Source: the human T2T-CHM13v2.0 reference genome, Homo sapiens
NCBI RefSeq assembly: GCF_009914755.1
Contig: NC_060933.1
Reading direction: 5' to 3' (one strand)
DNA length: 64,000 nucleotides
Shown here: piece after piece, positions 1 to 14,944 of the stretch
How the letters are laid out: each line of letters starts with the position of its first letter
Numbering within the stretch: the first letter of the stretch is position 1
Made by a program: the position numbers and the translations under genes
Notes under the pieces: generated by a model
What the model was told of the DNA's origin: nothing
Database searches by the model: none
Seen by the model: only the letters and a program-made list of their open reading frames with translations

Positions 1-114
1 AACTGTGCTTTATCGTTATCTTGTTACAGTTTCTGGGTGGAGCCTATTTTTCCAGCTTTTGGCTGCTCTGAGCCGAAGGATGGTAGTAGGGCAGGAGAAG
101 GGGAATTGAATTAA

Positions 115-345
115 TATTTATCAAGGGCCTGACACGAGCCCAGCACTGTGAAGACACCCTCTACACCTGTTATCTTACTAAATCCTCAGTTCAATCCTTT
201 GGGACAAGTGTCACGCTGTTTGCAAATGAGGAAACTAAAACTCATTAAAAATAAGCGACATGCGCAGATCATGTAGATAATATAGAGTAAGGGTTTAAAC
301 TCTGGACTCTTTGGGACCAGTAACCATCCTCTTAACTGTTCCACA
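115..345 (-). mobile_element. MIR SINE (old, diverged)
   Basis: Reverse MIR core tttgcaaatgaggaaact with flanking MIR-like sequence; ends approximate. Confidence 0.6.
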
Positions 346-1299
346 CTTTCTTCCATGTAATGTAGAAATATTTGATTTATTAATAATGTATTCCTTTACA
401 ACTTCTGAATGGGATCTGAGATAAATGTATTCATAAGCCCTATATATGATAGTTAAGTATAAGGTGAAAATAGGGAACCATTTAGACAAAAGAGAAGATG
501 ATTACATATGAGGCTAACATAGTAAGATCATGAAAATTAAGTTTAGTTTCTCTTCTCCGGTTAGACAAGAGGAAGGGAGGTGTGGCAGGTCCCTGGCTTT
601 CCCCATTTCTCAGGGCAGACCTTGGGTTGTGATCTGATCTCATGTGGTTCTCCAAGACCTTCAGGGAAGACTTTGTTCTGTTTTGTTAAGTTTGAGGTTA
701 TTTCTCAATTTGTTTGTCATTTTGCTGATTAAGAAGCATAACAGAAATTTATTCTGCAGAAAAGGAAACTGATTAAGAAAACGCAGTGCTTTTATCAGGG
801 ACTTTCCAGGATAGATGAATAGATACTGTATATTTATTATTTCAACTCGTGAAAAAAAATCAAGGACATGTTATTAAATTGTAGTTTCTTGAAAATCTTT
901 TAACAGTAAATAAATCTAATGCATACCAAGTACTTTGCCATTCAGTGGTCTAACAATAAAAAGAGATAACCTAAAGAATATCTGGCTTGTGTGTTCCTTA
1001 GGTCAACATGTGTAAATAACTAGCAGGTTGGAGGCATTATGTTTCACTTCCACGCAACCTGTTGCATTTTGCAGGGGTCAATGATTTAGGCACCAATGCC
1101 CCTGTGTTTTTTAAAGGGACAAAATACAACCACAATTTCCCTGAACTATGGATTTTAGACTCTAGTTACATATGGGCTAATTTAAATATTCCAAGTAAAG
1201 CATATAAGAAAATATAGTCAAAATAGCATGATAATAATTTGACAAGTAAACATTATCGCACTTTCTAAAGCATCCATCTGTATGACAAATTATATGGTC

Positions 1300-1400
1300 C
1301 ACCCTATTTATCAGGTCCACCCTAATAACAACCCTCTCTTGAAGGATTATATTACCCTGGTCTTTCAAATGAGGAAATTAACAGTATTGAGATCCCAACC
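1300..1400 (-). mobile_element. MIR fragment
   Basis: tttcaaatgaggaaatt core motif. Confidence 0.4.
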
Positions 1401-2314
1401 AAAAGGTCTGGCTTCAGAGCTGGCGTGCTTAGTCACTGTACTGTATGGCCGCTCTGCATTCTAGTTTTATTATTATGATCTGGTTGTAAGTGAGTTTACA
1501 AGAGACAAGGGGAGAAGAGTAGGCATAAAATAGAAGCCAAGATCTAGAATCACTCATTCAAAATATATGGTTACTATTTCCCCCTTTCCACAGTCACTTA
1601 GAAGGCACTCCTGATACATTTTAAACCTAAGTCTTAGAATAGTATTAGATTCCTGAGAAAATGACAGCTTTTCCTCTTTGATAAAAAGTCTTGTATTAAT
1701 TACGTGTCCCCTTTGCTTTGACTGTTATAATAAAGCCTTATATCTTAAAGATGTCCACAATGCCAGCCCTCCACAAGTCTCACCTTCAGCATTTTCTTAC
1801 TATTCCAGTTTACATTATTTCCTGCTCCTAATTTTTAAGCTTAAATTACTTAGCCATTTTTATGTGGTTATCCATCTGGTCAAGTGACTTGGAAATGGGG
1901 CAACAAAATAGAATGACAGATTGGTTTGCATAGGAAAACAGACAGAAAAGGAACGACAGCAATACAGGACCAGATGGATGTTTCCCAGAAGCAAAGAAAA
2001 GGGGCCTGCGCTTACAGGAGTATGTGGGCACTGATGGATGAGGTTCTTTATGCCTTCCGAAAGAGGAGCCAAGCCACTGATGAGTGAGGTAACTAAGAGC
2101 TCTCATGCTCTTAGTGAGCTAAGGTCCACCTGCTGCTAAGATTACCTCAAAATACTAAGCTTAACGTAAAACTCCAGTTTTAGAATCATATTAAAAATAA
2201 TTTGGTTAAGGATGAGCTGTGAAATAATTAATTCAAATGCTGCTAACTGAGCACTTCAGTTAGTGCTCCTCAAAGCTGTGAGAAATAGGCTTATGCTCAG
2301 TTCCTCCTGGGTGC

Positions 2315-3364
2315 TGTAAAAGGAACATAAAATCTCTGGACCCCAAACTCACTAAGCTGAAGGGAACAGTCAAGCTGAGAACTGGGTCATGCCAACCAGC
2401 CTCCCATTTTGTTCCCAAATAAGACAGCTACAGATTTAAAAGGATACATGCCTCTCTCACAATTTGCTCAAAACGAAATTCTTTGTGGGTCCCAAGATCT
2501 TTACCCTAAAACAGTTCTGTTGAATTTCACCCAGAAAATGCAAGAGAACAGCTATCTTCACAGATCCCGGAACAAAGGACAAAGGATAGAACTAAAAGCT
2601 CCCCCCACCCGCCGCCCGGCACCAAAGGAGTCATATCTGATTACTTCCTTTGGAAAGGCTAATCAGAAACTGAAAAGAATGTAACTGTTTGTGTCTCACC
2701 TATCTGTGACCTGGAAGCTCCCTCCCAGCTTTGAGTCTTCCTGCCTTTGTTTCCAGTTGTTCTGCCTTTCCAGACCCAACCAATGTACTTCTTATATCTA
2801 TTGATTGATGTCTCATGTCTCCCTAAATGTAAAAATCAAGCTGTGCCCCAACTGCCTTGGGCACATGCTATCAGGACCTCCTGAGGCTGTCATGGATGCG
2901 TCCTCAACCTTGGCAAAATAAACTTTCTAAATTAACTGAGACCTGTCTCAGATTTTCTGGGTTCACAAATGCATATCTGATTACTTCCTCTACTTTATGT
3001 TTATTTTATCTTATGTAAAAATGCAAATTCACTGAGTGTGAGATGAATGCATAATTGACTATTTCTCTACCCCTTCCTTTGACATGTGAAATGTGGATTC
3101 AGTGCACACTGATCAAAGACTCAACAGAATGCAACTGCCTGCCCCTTTTATCTACCCTTCCCCTTTTTTCTTTTCTTCCTCTTTCTCCTACTGCTTGCTC
3201 TTTCCCATTAAATACTAAAATTCGCAGGCCCTCTTCAGAAAAAGCATGGATCACAGATTGTTCTTGTGGTTTTGTGTTCCTTTTTCCCGGGTGCGTTCTT
3301 AACCTTGTCAAAATAAACCTCTAACATGATTGAGACGCTCCTCAGTCATTTTCTTTGACTGTCA
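2315..3364 (+). mobile_element. Composite MER4-family ERV1 solo LTR (MER4A-type to 2967, then MER4B/D-type 3' half)
   Basis: TG start tgtaaaaggaacataaaatc; MER4A end ctgagacctgtctcagattttctgggttcaca at 2967; second LTR end ...ttgactgtca at 3364; flanks gtgc/gtgg (4-bp TSD, 1 mismatch). Confidence 0.85.
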
Positions 3365-4409
3365 GTGGTGAAGGTTTGTTGCATGAGTCAACTTCTGTCT
3401 CACTCTGAGTCTTCTTCTGGCTGCTTTCAGTGCCAACACAAAGTGCTCCCTCTAACTCCTTGACATTTCTTCTGTCATCACTATCTCTAGGATTTCTGTT
3501 TATTGCTTTTGTTATGGCCACCGTCAGCTTTCAGGCATGCAAATCCCCAGTTTCTTCTCTATGTGGTTTATATTTAAGGTGAACAAGGGAGTCTCATGGG
3601 TTGGAAAGTCACCGTCTGATATGATCCAGACCTTTGGCTGCCCGTGGTTAATGAGCAACCTGGTGAGAAATAGTGGCAGTGAGAATGCCATATGAGCTTA
3701 ATAAAAAGTCTGGGGTGATACACCCAAGGATTTGCTTCTAATTGCATTTACCAGACAGGGCAGTGTTGAGTGCAGACAACTTTAAAAGGGGCAATTACCC
3801 AGCCTGCTAAACCTGCTATAGGTAAAGGAGTGTGCTGGGCAAGGTGCCAGAACATTGTATAAAATGATCATTATAGATTAAAGAAACACAGGCATACCTA
3901 GGGCCGTGGGCATTTGATACATCAGATCTAAAAGAATAATACATATGCTTCAGACCAGTTGTAAGAAAATTTACTTTTCTGTATAGCAGGGTCTAAAGTG
4001 CATTTATAGGAGGCACAGATGCCTCATCAGAAAACTAAAGAAGTTCTGAAAAAAAGCTAATATGATACTTGAGAGCATGTCTGTTTCCATCTCATCTAAG
4101 TCACAGGAAGAGGAAACGGCCGCATTTACGAAAGTGTGAATTGGAAGCCCCTGAAAAATGTGACTGGATGGGATGAAACACTTGTGTGACACTTTAATAA
4201 TGGGTATTGGCTAGCTCCTCATTATTTTCCACTGCAGTAAAGTGCGGCATGCAGCAAGATGTCAGTGTAGCATTTACCTATGCAGTGCCACTCTGCTGCA
4301 GAGTTTTAAGGATTGAAGATAAGGAAGTGCTACCCGAAAGCTGGCAAATACACGACACATTGAAAGATAAAGAAAGTTGACTTTTGCTGAGTACCTGCTT
4401 TGTGCTAGG

Positions 4410-4582
4410 CACTGGTTTCCAAATTTTGCTGCACAATGGAATCATCTTGGATCTTTAAAAACTGTTGATGCCTGGTTCCCATGCCTAATATTTTGACTTC
4501 ATGGATGTTGCGTGCAATGTGGACGCTGTGTTTCTAAAAGCTTCCCACTTCATTCTAATGTGCAGCAGTTTGGGAATCACCC
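4410..4582 (-). mobile_element. MER5B (hAT-Charlie MITE) within a MIR
   Basis: gctgcacaatggaatca...attctaatgtgcagc internal palindrome and decayed TIRs. Confidence 0.7.
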
Positions 4583-4601
4583 TACCAGACTATTACATTT
4601 C

Positions 4602-5007
<406 letters not shown>

Positions 5008-5561
5008 TGAGGTCATAGAGGCTAGATGACCCCAGAAAACTTGCCTAGTTTTGGGTAGTGGAATAGACTAAAATCTGATCCTGTGGCTGTAAAACTCTGA
5101 AGCTTGGGTTCTTCTCACTCTTCCACACTGGTAGAATTCATGCACTGTAAGGAAAGAAAGGTTTTCTCTTTAATTTTCCCTGTGCTGGTAGCTAGCAGAG
5201 AATTGTAATTCATTTAGTAGAGGAAAAAAACCATATATATACTGGGCTATTTTATTAAGGATTGGGTTTTGGTTAAGATCAGACAATGAAACCTATTATA
5301 AATTTCCAAAGATATGCAGGTCAGACCACGCTACACCATGTTTCTGGGAGCCCAGAATGCAGAAACAAACATCAAAGTTCTCTTGTAATTTCATGGAAAT
5401 ATTTCATGTTAAAATTGTATTAATTTCAAAAGGTTAGAGTAGAAAATGAGAAGTATACACTTCATTAATTCTCAAGTTCTATATTTGCCAGAAACTTATC
5501 TCACCTTCATTAAAAAAAACTCTTATTACTTGATTTCAGAACACTTATAAAACATACTATG

Positions 5562-5880
<319 letters not shown>

Positions 5881-6482
5881 TCAAAATCAGAGTTACAAAA
5901 ATAAGTAAAATGAATTTTCAAAAACAAACAAAACATGTTGAGCTAGGAAAACAAACTGAGATTGAAAATACATCCTAAAATAAAATCCTATGCAAAATTC
6001 AACATAAATAAGAAGATACTTCTGATGCTATACAGAAGAAAAATAAAATAGGTAGGAAAAGGGCTTTTCAGACCAAAATAAAGAAGAGAAGAAAATGGAG
6101 GGACGGTCCTGGTAGAATGCCAGAGTAATCTCTTCAGACACCGTGATCCTCTGGGGGTGTTCTCTTCTCAGGCATCTGACATTAAGAAAGGAAGCTTGCA
6201 TTTCCCACTCCTATTGTAGTGCTTGATTCTCTATGTTTAGACGTATGCTACCTATGTCCAATAATATTGAACATATAGATTTATATCTTGTTTTTTCTAT
6301 GTATTTGTCATGTCCATGTTTGACAAATGTTCATATTTATTACATTTAATAACAACAGAAGCTTATCGCCTCATGTTGGGTGTTAAAATTTTCTTAACTA
6401 TTTTCTTACTCTTGGATATTTAGACTGTTTTCACTTTTTCGATGTAACATTGAACGTCTTGTAAACATAATTTTTAAAAAAT

Positions 6483-6687
6483 GGCCGGCGGGCACGGTGG
6501 CTCACGCCTGTAATCCCAGCACTTTGGGAGGCTGAGTCGGGCGGATCACGAGGTCAGGAGATCGAGAAAATCCTGACCAACATAGTGAAACTCCGTTACT
6601 ACTAAAATACAAAAATTAGCCAGGCATGGTGGCACGTGCCTGTAATCCCAGCTACTCAGGAGGCTGAGGCAGGAGAATCACTTGAAC
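6483..6687 (+). mobile_element. AluS, 3'-truncated
   Basis: Left arm, linker and half of right arm, stops at cttgaac. Confidence 0.9.
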
Positions 6688-6697
6688 AAGCGAAAAC

Positions 6698-6991
6698 GCC
6701 CGGGCGCTGTGGCTCACACCTGTAATCCCAGCACTTTGGGAGGCGGAGGTCACAAGGTCAGGAGATTGATCGAGAACATTCTGGCTAACACAGTGAAACC
6801 CTGTCTCTACTAAAAACACAAAAAATTAGCCGGGTGTGGTGGCGGGCGCCTGTAATCACAGCTACTCAGGCGGCTGAGGCTGGAGAATCGTGTGAACCCA
6901 GGAGGCAGAGGTTGCGGTGAGTGGAGATTGCGCCACTGCACTCCAGCCTGGGTGACAGAGTGAGACTCTGTCTCAAAAAAAAGAAAAAAAA
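6698..6991 (+). mobile_element. Alu (AluSc8/Y-like)
   Basis: Full dimer with small left-arm deletion; poly-A tail. Confidence 0.92.
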
Positions 6992-7858
6992 TCTTGTCTT
7001 AGGATAAATTCCTGGTAGTGAGATATTAGTTAAAGGAGGATGACATTTTTACAAATTATATAGCATCTGTATGTTACTTTCTGAATGCATCCATTAGGTT
7101 ACAAGGTCACAAGTAGCACATGATGCATCCCGTTCTCCACAGGACTGCCAGGAAAGGCTTATCTTTTCAGAGAGATTTTATTAGTAATTAGACATAAAAT
7201 GGTGCTTTGAACTACTGTAACTTGCATGTCTATGGTTATTAGATAGATAAAATTTTTCCCACTTTTTAAACTATTTACATTACCTCATATGTGATCTTGA
7301 CAATAGAGTTTTTTCCTTTTGTTTTTTACTGCTCTTGAATTTCCTCCTATTTTTTGAAATAACTTACTTAATATAGAGAGTTGTCTTCATGATGGTAGTA
7401 TTATTCACAATATTTCCCAACTTCGTTGTGTTCCTTATATAGCTCTAGTCTTCTTATGCAGATATTTTCATTTGTATGCATTTAATTTTTTAAAGAATAT
7501 CTTCTATTGCTTATAATCTGTGAAAGTTTGTATTTCTTTATCTCTGCTTAGACCTAGTGACTCCCTCATTTTATTATCTGTGAGCTTTTCTCTCCATTAG
7601 GTTAGCACAGCCTTCTATAATCTGACCTTATCACACCTTACAGAAGCATCATTTGACACACTTCAACTCAGCACCTCAGATCTATTTGGCCCATCCCTTT
7701 TCTTCCACACAAACATACCATGTTCATTTATGCCTTGGGGCATTTGGCCTGTCTTAGATGCCTGCCCATTCTTATTTCCTCTACCCATTCAAAGTCTACC
7801 TATCAGGGGGACAGATGCCTTGATTACACTCCTCCCCTTGATTTACTTAGTCACATGA

Positions 7859-8207
<349 letters not shown>

Positions 8208-9812
8208 CATAGTCAATACTTATAATTTGGCAATTACCTGTAATTACGTAGTCTCTTGTACGTATTTCAAATGTGTTAGCCTTGTCTTCTTAGACAAACT
8301 GTGATAATTAAGACATATTTCAGTGGTCTTTATAGCAGCTCTGATGACTGTTGAAATACATTTTTGAGTACCCTACATACTCACTGCATATTTAATTGGT
8401 TAAGAATTAAATAAAGAAGTGAATTTTTATCTGCAACTCAGTGGGTCAGGCCCATTGAACTCCAAGTGTCTCCAAGTCCTCGTCACCTGCCTTTGAGTGA
8501 CATGACTCACTCAAAGGCAGGTGATAAGAAACAAGAAAACTGGAACTCATACTTTCAGAGATTTTCCTGCCTCGGATGTGAAGTCTCTTGGCTACTGGAG
8601 TCTGGAAGATGACTTCTAAACTGATTCTGACAGGATTGTAACTTGAAACCCTATTATATTCAGTTTCCCTCACTGGTCTCTTTACCCACCCCACACTAGG
8701 TGGTACCAGTACTGAGAACTAATTCCCTTCTAAATTCTAAACTCTAAACTGTGTCCACTTTCATCTCACTTATCCTGCCAGTCCCTCCACTCCCTTTCAA
8801 GTTTCCCCCTCAAAGCTTCAATTTGTTCTCTTTGGTTCTGATCGTGTTCATCAGCACTCTCCACATGCTTCAACCCATAACACTCCAACTTTCAAACTGG
8901 ATCAAAACAACCATGACTTTTCCCGTTCCTGTCCCTGGGCTATAGAGTGTTGCCACAAGAATTCACCCACCAAGTGAGGTTGGTGCTCATGATTTACAGC
9001 CACGGGAGCAGCTTTGCAGAACTTTCAGCATCCTCTTCCATTTCTCCTATGGCTGTACCAAATCTTCACCACCCCTCAGAAGATTTTGCCTTTCATTCAC
9101 AAAGAAAATTTGATTATCAGCCAGAAAGTCTCTCCATTGCCATGCTCTAAAACAACCAACCACATCAAGATATTACCCATATTTGCATGCAATCACGCTC
9201 ACGTTCTTGTCTTCTAACCTGAGAAGGCTTGGAGGGAAAAACCCTTCTGCTCAAAGGCAGTCCATCCTCACATTGTTTACTCAGTCATAATCAAGATGCT
9301 GTCCAATTATTAACATCAGTCTTCCCTTTCATATATTTTTAATCTTTTCAATTTATAAACATGATCAACATTTTTTCCTGTGAAGAGAAAAACCAATTCT
9401 ACATTTCAGACCTTGCTTTCTATCCACCCACTCTCTCCCTCAGCCATGGCCATTACCTCTTCAAGGCCAAACTTCTCCAAAAAAAAAGTCTTCCATCACT
9501 TCCTTGTCAGGTCTCCACCCACTTCCTTGGGTCTACGCACTTTTATAAACATTGAAGCCGTCAATTCCTCAGTAGTCAGATCCAAGCTCATCTGACTCTG
9601 GAATTTTCAGGTGTTAAGCCTTTCATCTTGTAACCCTGTCTTTCCCTGGCTTCCATGATACCGTTTTTCCACACCCTCTTCTTAGGTCTCTGAATGTGCC
9701 TCCTTGGTCTCCATTGCTAACCATTCTTCCTGACTGCTTCTTGAATGTGATGTCTCTCATGTTCCATCCTTGAGCTTATTTTTCACAATGTATTATTCTG
9801 AGTAATGTAAAC

Positions 9813-9974
9813 CAGTGGTTTCCAATTTTAATGTACATATAAATTATCTGAGAATCTTAAAATGCATATTCTTATTCAATAGGTCTGGGATGAAGGATGA
9901 AATCGCGCATTTCAAACAAGCTTTCAAATGATGTCCATGCTCCTGGGCCATACACCACACTTTGAATAGTGAGG
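9813..9974. mobile_element. MER5A1 (hAT MITE)
   Basis: cagtggtttcc...accacactttgaatagtgagg; 8-bp TSD atgtaaac/atctaaac. Confidence 0.85.
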
Positions 9975-10276
9975 ATCTAAACTACTTATTGGTCTCAGTT
10001 GGCGATAACCCCAAATCTCTGGCCAGTTCTATCTCCTGGGCAAATGCTATACAAATAGTTAAGCACCAAAGACAAACGTCTCAAAAACAGATATGCAAAA
10101 CTGAACTCATTTTCTCTGTTTCCTCAATCAAATAATTTGCAGACATCCCTGTTTTAATAAATGGCATTATGTCCCTTCAGTTATGTAAGTCAGACCTGGA
10201 GTTACCCTGAGCTTTTTTTCACTATCTCTCCTGCCACTCATCCTCTACCTCGATATTCAGTTAATAAGAAAGTACT

Positions 10277-10589
<313 letters not shown>

Positions 10590-11799
10590 TTACTCTACCT
10601 TCTTAACATCTCTTAAACTCATGGACGACTCTTTATCCCAGGCTACTGCCTTAATTAACAACATCAATATCTATTTTATGAATCATTTACAACAATTTGC
10701 AAACTCATTTTCTTGCCTTTACCATTGCTCCTCTCCAGACTCTCTACATTAGGAATATGTTTTTGAAAAATGAAAGCGTGACAAAGTCACTGTTTAAGGA
10801 CAGTGTATCCAGCAAGTGATGAAGGAAGGCATCAGGCAAGAGGCACTGGAGCTTGAGTTGGTCATTTTTGGACACATGAACCAAGAGAGGCAGAGGGAGT
10901 GTAATGGTTTCCATTTCATCCCTGTGGCTCCACAGGATAAACCCCAAAACCCTTAACACAGACCACAAAGCCCTTGAAATCTTCTGTTTGCTAAACCTTC
11001 CTTCTTACAACCTAAACTTTTGGCATGCTTAGAGCTCCCAAGGTCCCTGTGCTCATCAGTCAACTCCTCTGTAAAGTGTCTTCTTATTGGCTCTTCCATT
11101 GGAATTCACGCTATCTGCCATACTTCTCCAGCCAATTAGCCTTTTTAACACTGTTGTTATAAAAACTGTGGAAGAGGAAATTAGTACAGAGAAAAGCAAC
11201 AGGCTAGCAAAAATCAGGGGCTCGGGGAGGAAGTCAAGGGCTTATCTTTCTATCCCCAATTAGAATCAGCACATTTAAGAACACTTGTGAATGGAAACTC
11301 TAGATGGCAGCCATTCATTGAAAACCCTTCATTTTACATATGGTAATCTGAGACTTCATAAATGACTTGTAACTTCCAAGATTCCAAATCTAATCAGTCC
11401 CACAGATGACTTTTCACCTCCAGTCCCGTGCTCAGGTGTTTCTGTTCTGCCCATCAGCCATTACAGAGGAAGTACGTTCATCTGGGGATGCTTTTCTCCA
11501 GGAGAGACTTCCCTAAGCCTTTTGACTATGCAGATGCTTTCATGCATCTAGAAATAGTTTATTGCCAGTATAATGCAAATTTTATTTCAGTGTAGAAAAT
11601 AATTTCTAGACTCTCATGTCACATTACTTTTGGCAGGGGCTATTGTTGGAGAGTTAATCATTCTCTGAAAGTCACTGGTTCTTGGTTCTGTTTCTTTTAA
11701 AAGAAGAGAGCTCCTTTAATTTAAACATGTAATAACATCCAGAACAGGTTGCTTTTCCGGAAACTGTTAATAGAACCTGCATAGATAGACAATGATTAA

Positions 11800-12132
<333 letters not shown>

Positions 12133-12474
12133 TTAAGCATTATTTCAAAGGTCTTTATCTTGTCTTCTCTTGGATAGACATTAAGAGGTAGACAGGGTTC
12201 AAAAAACCTAGTTTACAAAAAGGGAAGTCATCAGAATTCCATGAAGAGATTTTAGGAATGTGCATCTTCAAGCCCTATTCTTGTATTCATATGATCTTGG
12301 AATCTGTCTTCAGAAATTGTTCCCATGTGACTCTGATGACCCTCATTAGTTAAGAATCACTCCCAGAGAATTTAAAGCTATATTGATCAAAGTGGAGGAT
12401 CTATGACATGATCTAACCATTGATTTTTGATTCTGTATCATATCCTTCAGTATCACACTCTATTGACCAATAGA

Positions 12475-13399
<925 letters not shown>

Positions 13400-13409
13400 T
13401 CAGCAACAG

Positions 13410-13570
13410 AATCACACAATCCTGATGATACTATTTAATTCCTGAATCCAGAAATATTCTGGATTAGAAAATATATCTTACTTTTCATTTATATGAGCCA
13501 GTCAATTCCTCTTCATGTTTAAGTTAGTTCTTTGTTTAAGTTTTGTCCTTTGCAAAAGAAAGTAATGGCT
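13410..13570 (+). mobile_element. MLT1 (MaLR) LTR 3' fragment
   Basis: cctgatgata...ttttcatttatatgagccagtcaattcc resembles MLT1J/K 3' end. Confidence 0.5.
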
Positions 13571-13629
13571 TTTATGGTTTCTTTGGAAGGCCTTTCCTTT
13601 AATTCCTTAAAAACGTATAGAAATCTGGA

Positions 13630-14530
13630 GAAGAAGCCTTTTGTTTTTAATAGCTTGACAATTATATACCCAAGTTGTTATGTTTTATTTTCCCTGTTTG
13701 ATGTTCTCCAATTTTCTTGGATTTGTGGTTTCCAGTCTGTTGTTAACTTCTGGAATATTCTTGGACATTACTTCTTCACATATGTCTCTCAGATTCCAAT
13801 TATATCTGTACTAGATTGTTTAATAATATGGAATAGATATCCCTAGTTCTTGAATGCTCTGTTCTATTTTTTTCCCATTCTTGTTTTCCTCTGTATTTCA
13901 ATTTGGGTGAGTTCTATTGATTCCCTTCTTAAGCGCAAGAGTCTTTCCTTGGCTACATGAAGTCTATTGACGAGTCTATCAGAGGAATTCTTTATCTCTG
14001 TTACCAAAGTTTTATTTCTAGCATTTCTATTTTATTCATATTATAGTTTCCATATCTCTGCTGAAATTACTCATCTGATTTTGCATGGTGCCAGTTTATT
14101 CATTAGCGCTTTTACCATATTAATTACAGTTGTTTTTAAATTTTCTATCAGAAAATTCTAACAAACACTTGTGTCAGAGCTGAGTGTTGAGTGTGGTTTT
14201 GATGATTGCTCGGCCACTTGGAAATGGGTTGTTTCTTGCCTTTTTGTGTAGCTTGTAATTCATTTTAAATCTAGACATCTTGTATTAAATAGTAAAGACT
14301 GGGGTAGGGAGGCTGAGGCAGGAGAACGGCGTGAGCCCAGGAGGCAGAGCTTGCAGTGAGCTGAGATCCCGCCACTGCACTCCAGCCTGGGCGACAGAGC
14401 CAGACTCCTTATCAAAACAAAAAAAAAAGACTGGGGTAAATACTTTTTATTCCTAAAAATGGGCACTTCTTTTTTTTTTTTTTTTTTTTTTTTGGCTAGA
14501 CCCCGCTAGGTGTGGGGTTTCATCCATCTC
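13630..14530 (-). mobile_element. Old L1M ORF1/5' fragment
   Basis: ttcttggatttgtggtt, gaggaattctttatctctgtt, catatctctgctgaaatt are typical of L1M antisense. Confidence 0.65.
14307..14425 (+). mobile_element. 5'-truncated AluY-like right arm
   Basis: Perfect 13-bp TSD aaagactggggta (14294-14306, 14426-14438). Confidence 0.92.
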
Positions 14531-14682
14531 TTGAGAAATGTGTTAGCATGCTTAGTTAACTTGTACTTTTTAAAGTAAAACTGTTTGGTTTTATTGGTTC
14601 ATGTTTTTAAAAATATGTTTTACCAAAACGTTAAATATAATTGAATTGGAATATCATTCTTTTAGTAAACCATAGACCTTTG

Positions 14683-14944
<262 letters not shown>

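Larger units (their letters stand above)
6300..7450 (-). mobile_element. Old L1 (L1ME-like) 3' fragment interrupted by Alus
   Basis: ttggatatttagactgttttcac, taaattcctggtagtgagat resemble L1M 3' region; highly diverged. Confidence 0.45.

Noticed and set aside
1022-1105. Two adjacent hairpins suggestive of an H/ACA RNA
   Set aside because: Stems are only 6-8 bp and there is no ANANNA hinge on either strand
2050-2180. Hammerhead-like CTGATGA (2077-2083) followed by a stem
   Set aside because: No C-GAAA after the stem, and no stem I/III pairing or UH cleavage site
8335-8375. CTGATGA...GAAA hammerhead-like spacing
   Set aside because: Only 5 nt between the motifs (no stem II), and stem III lacks the A-U closing pair
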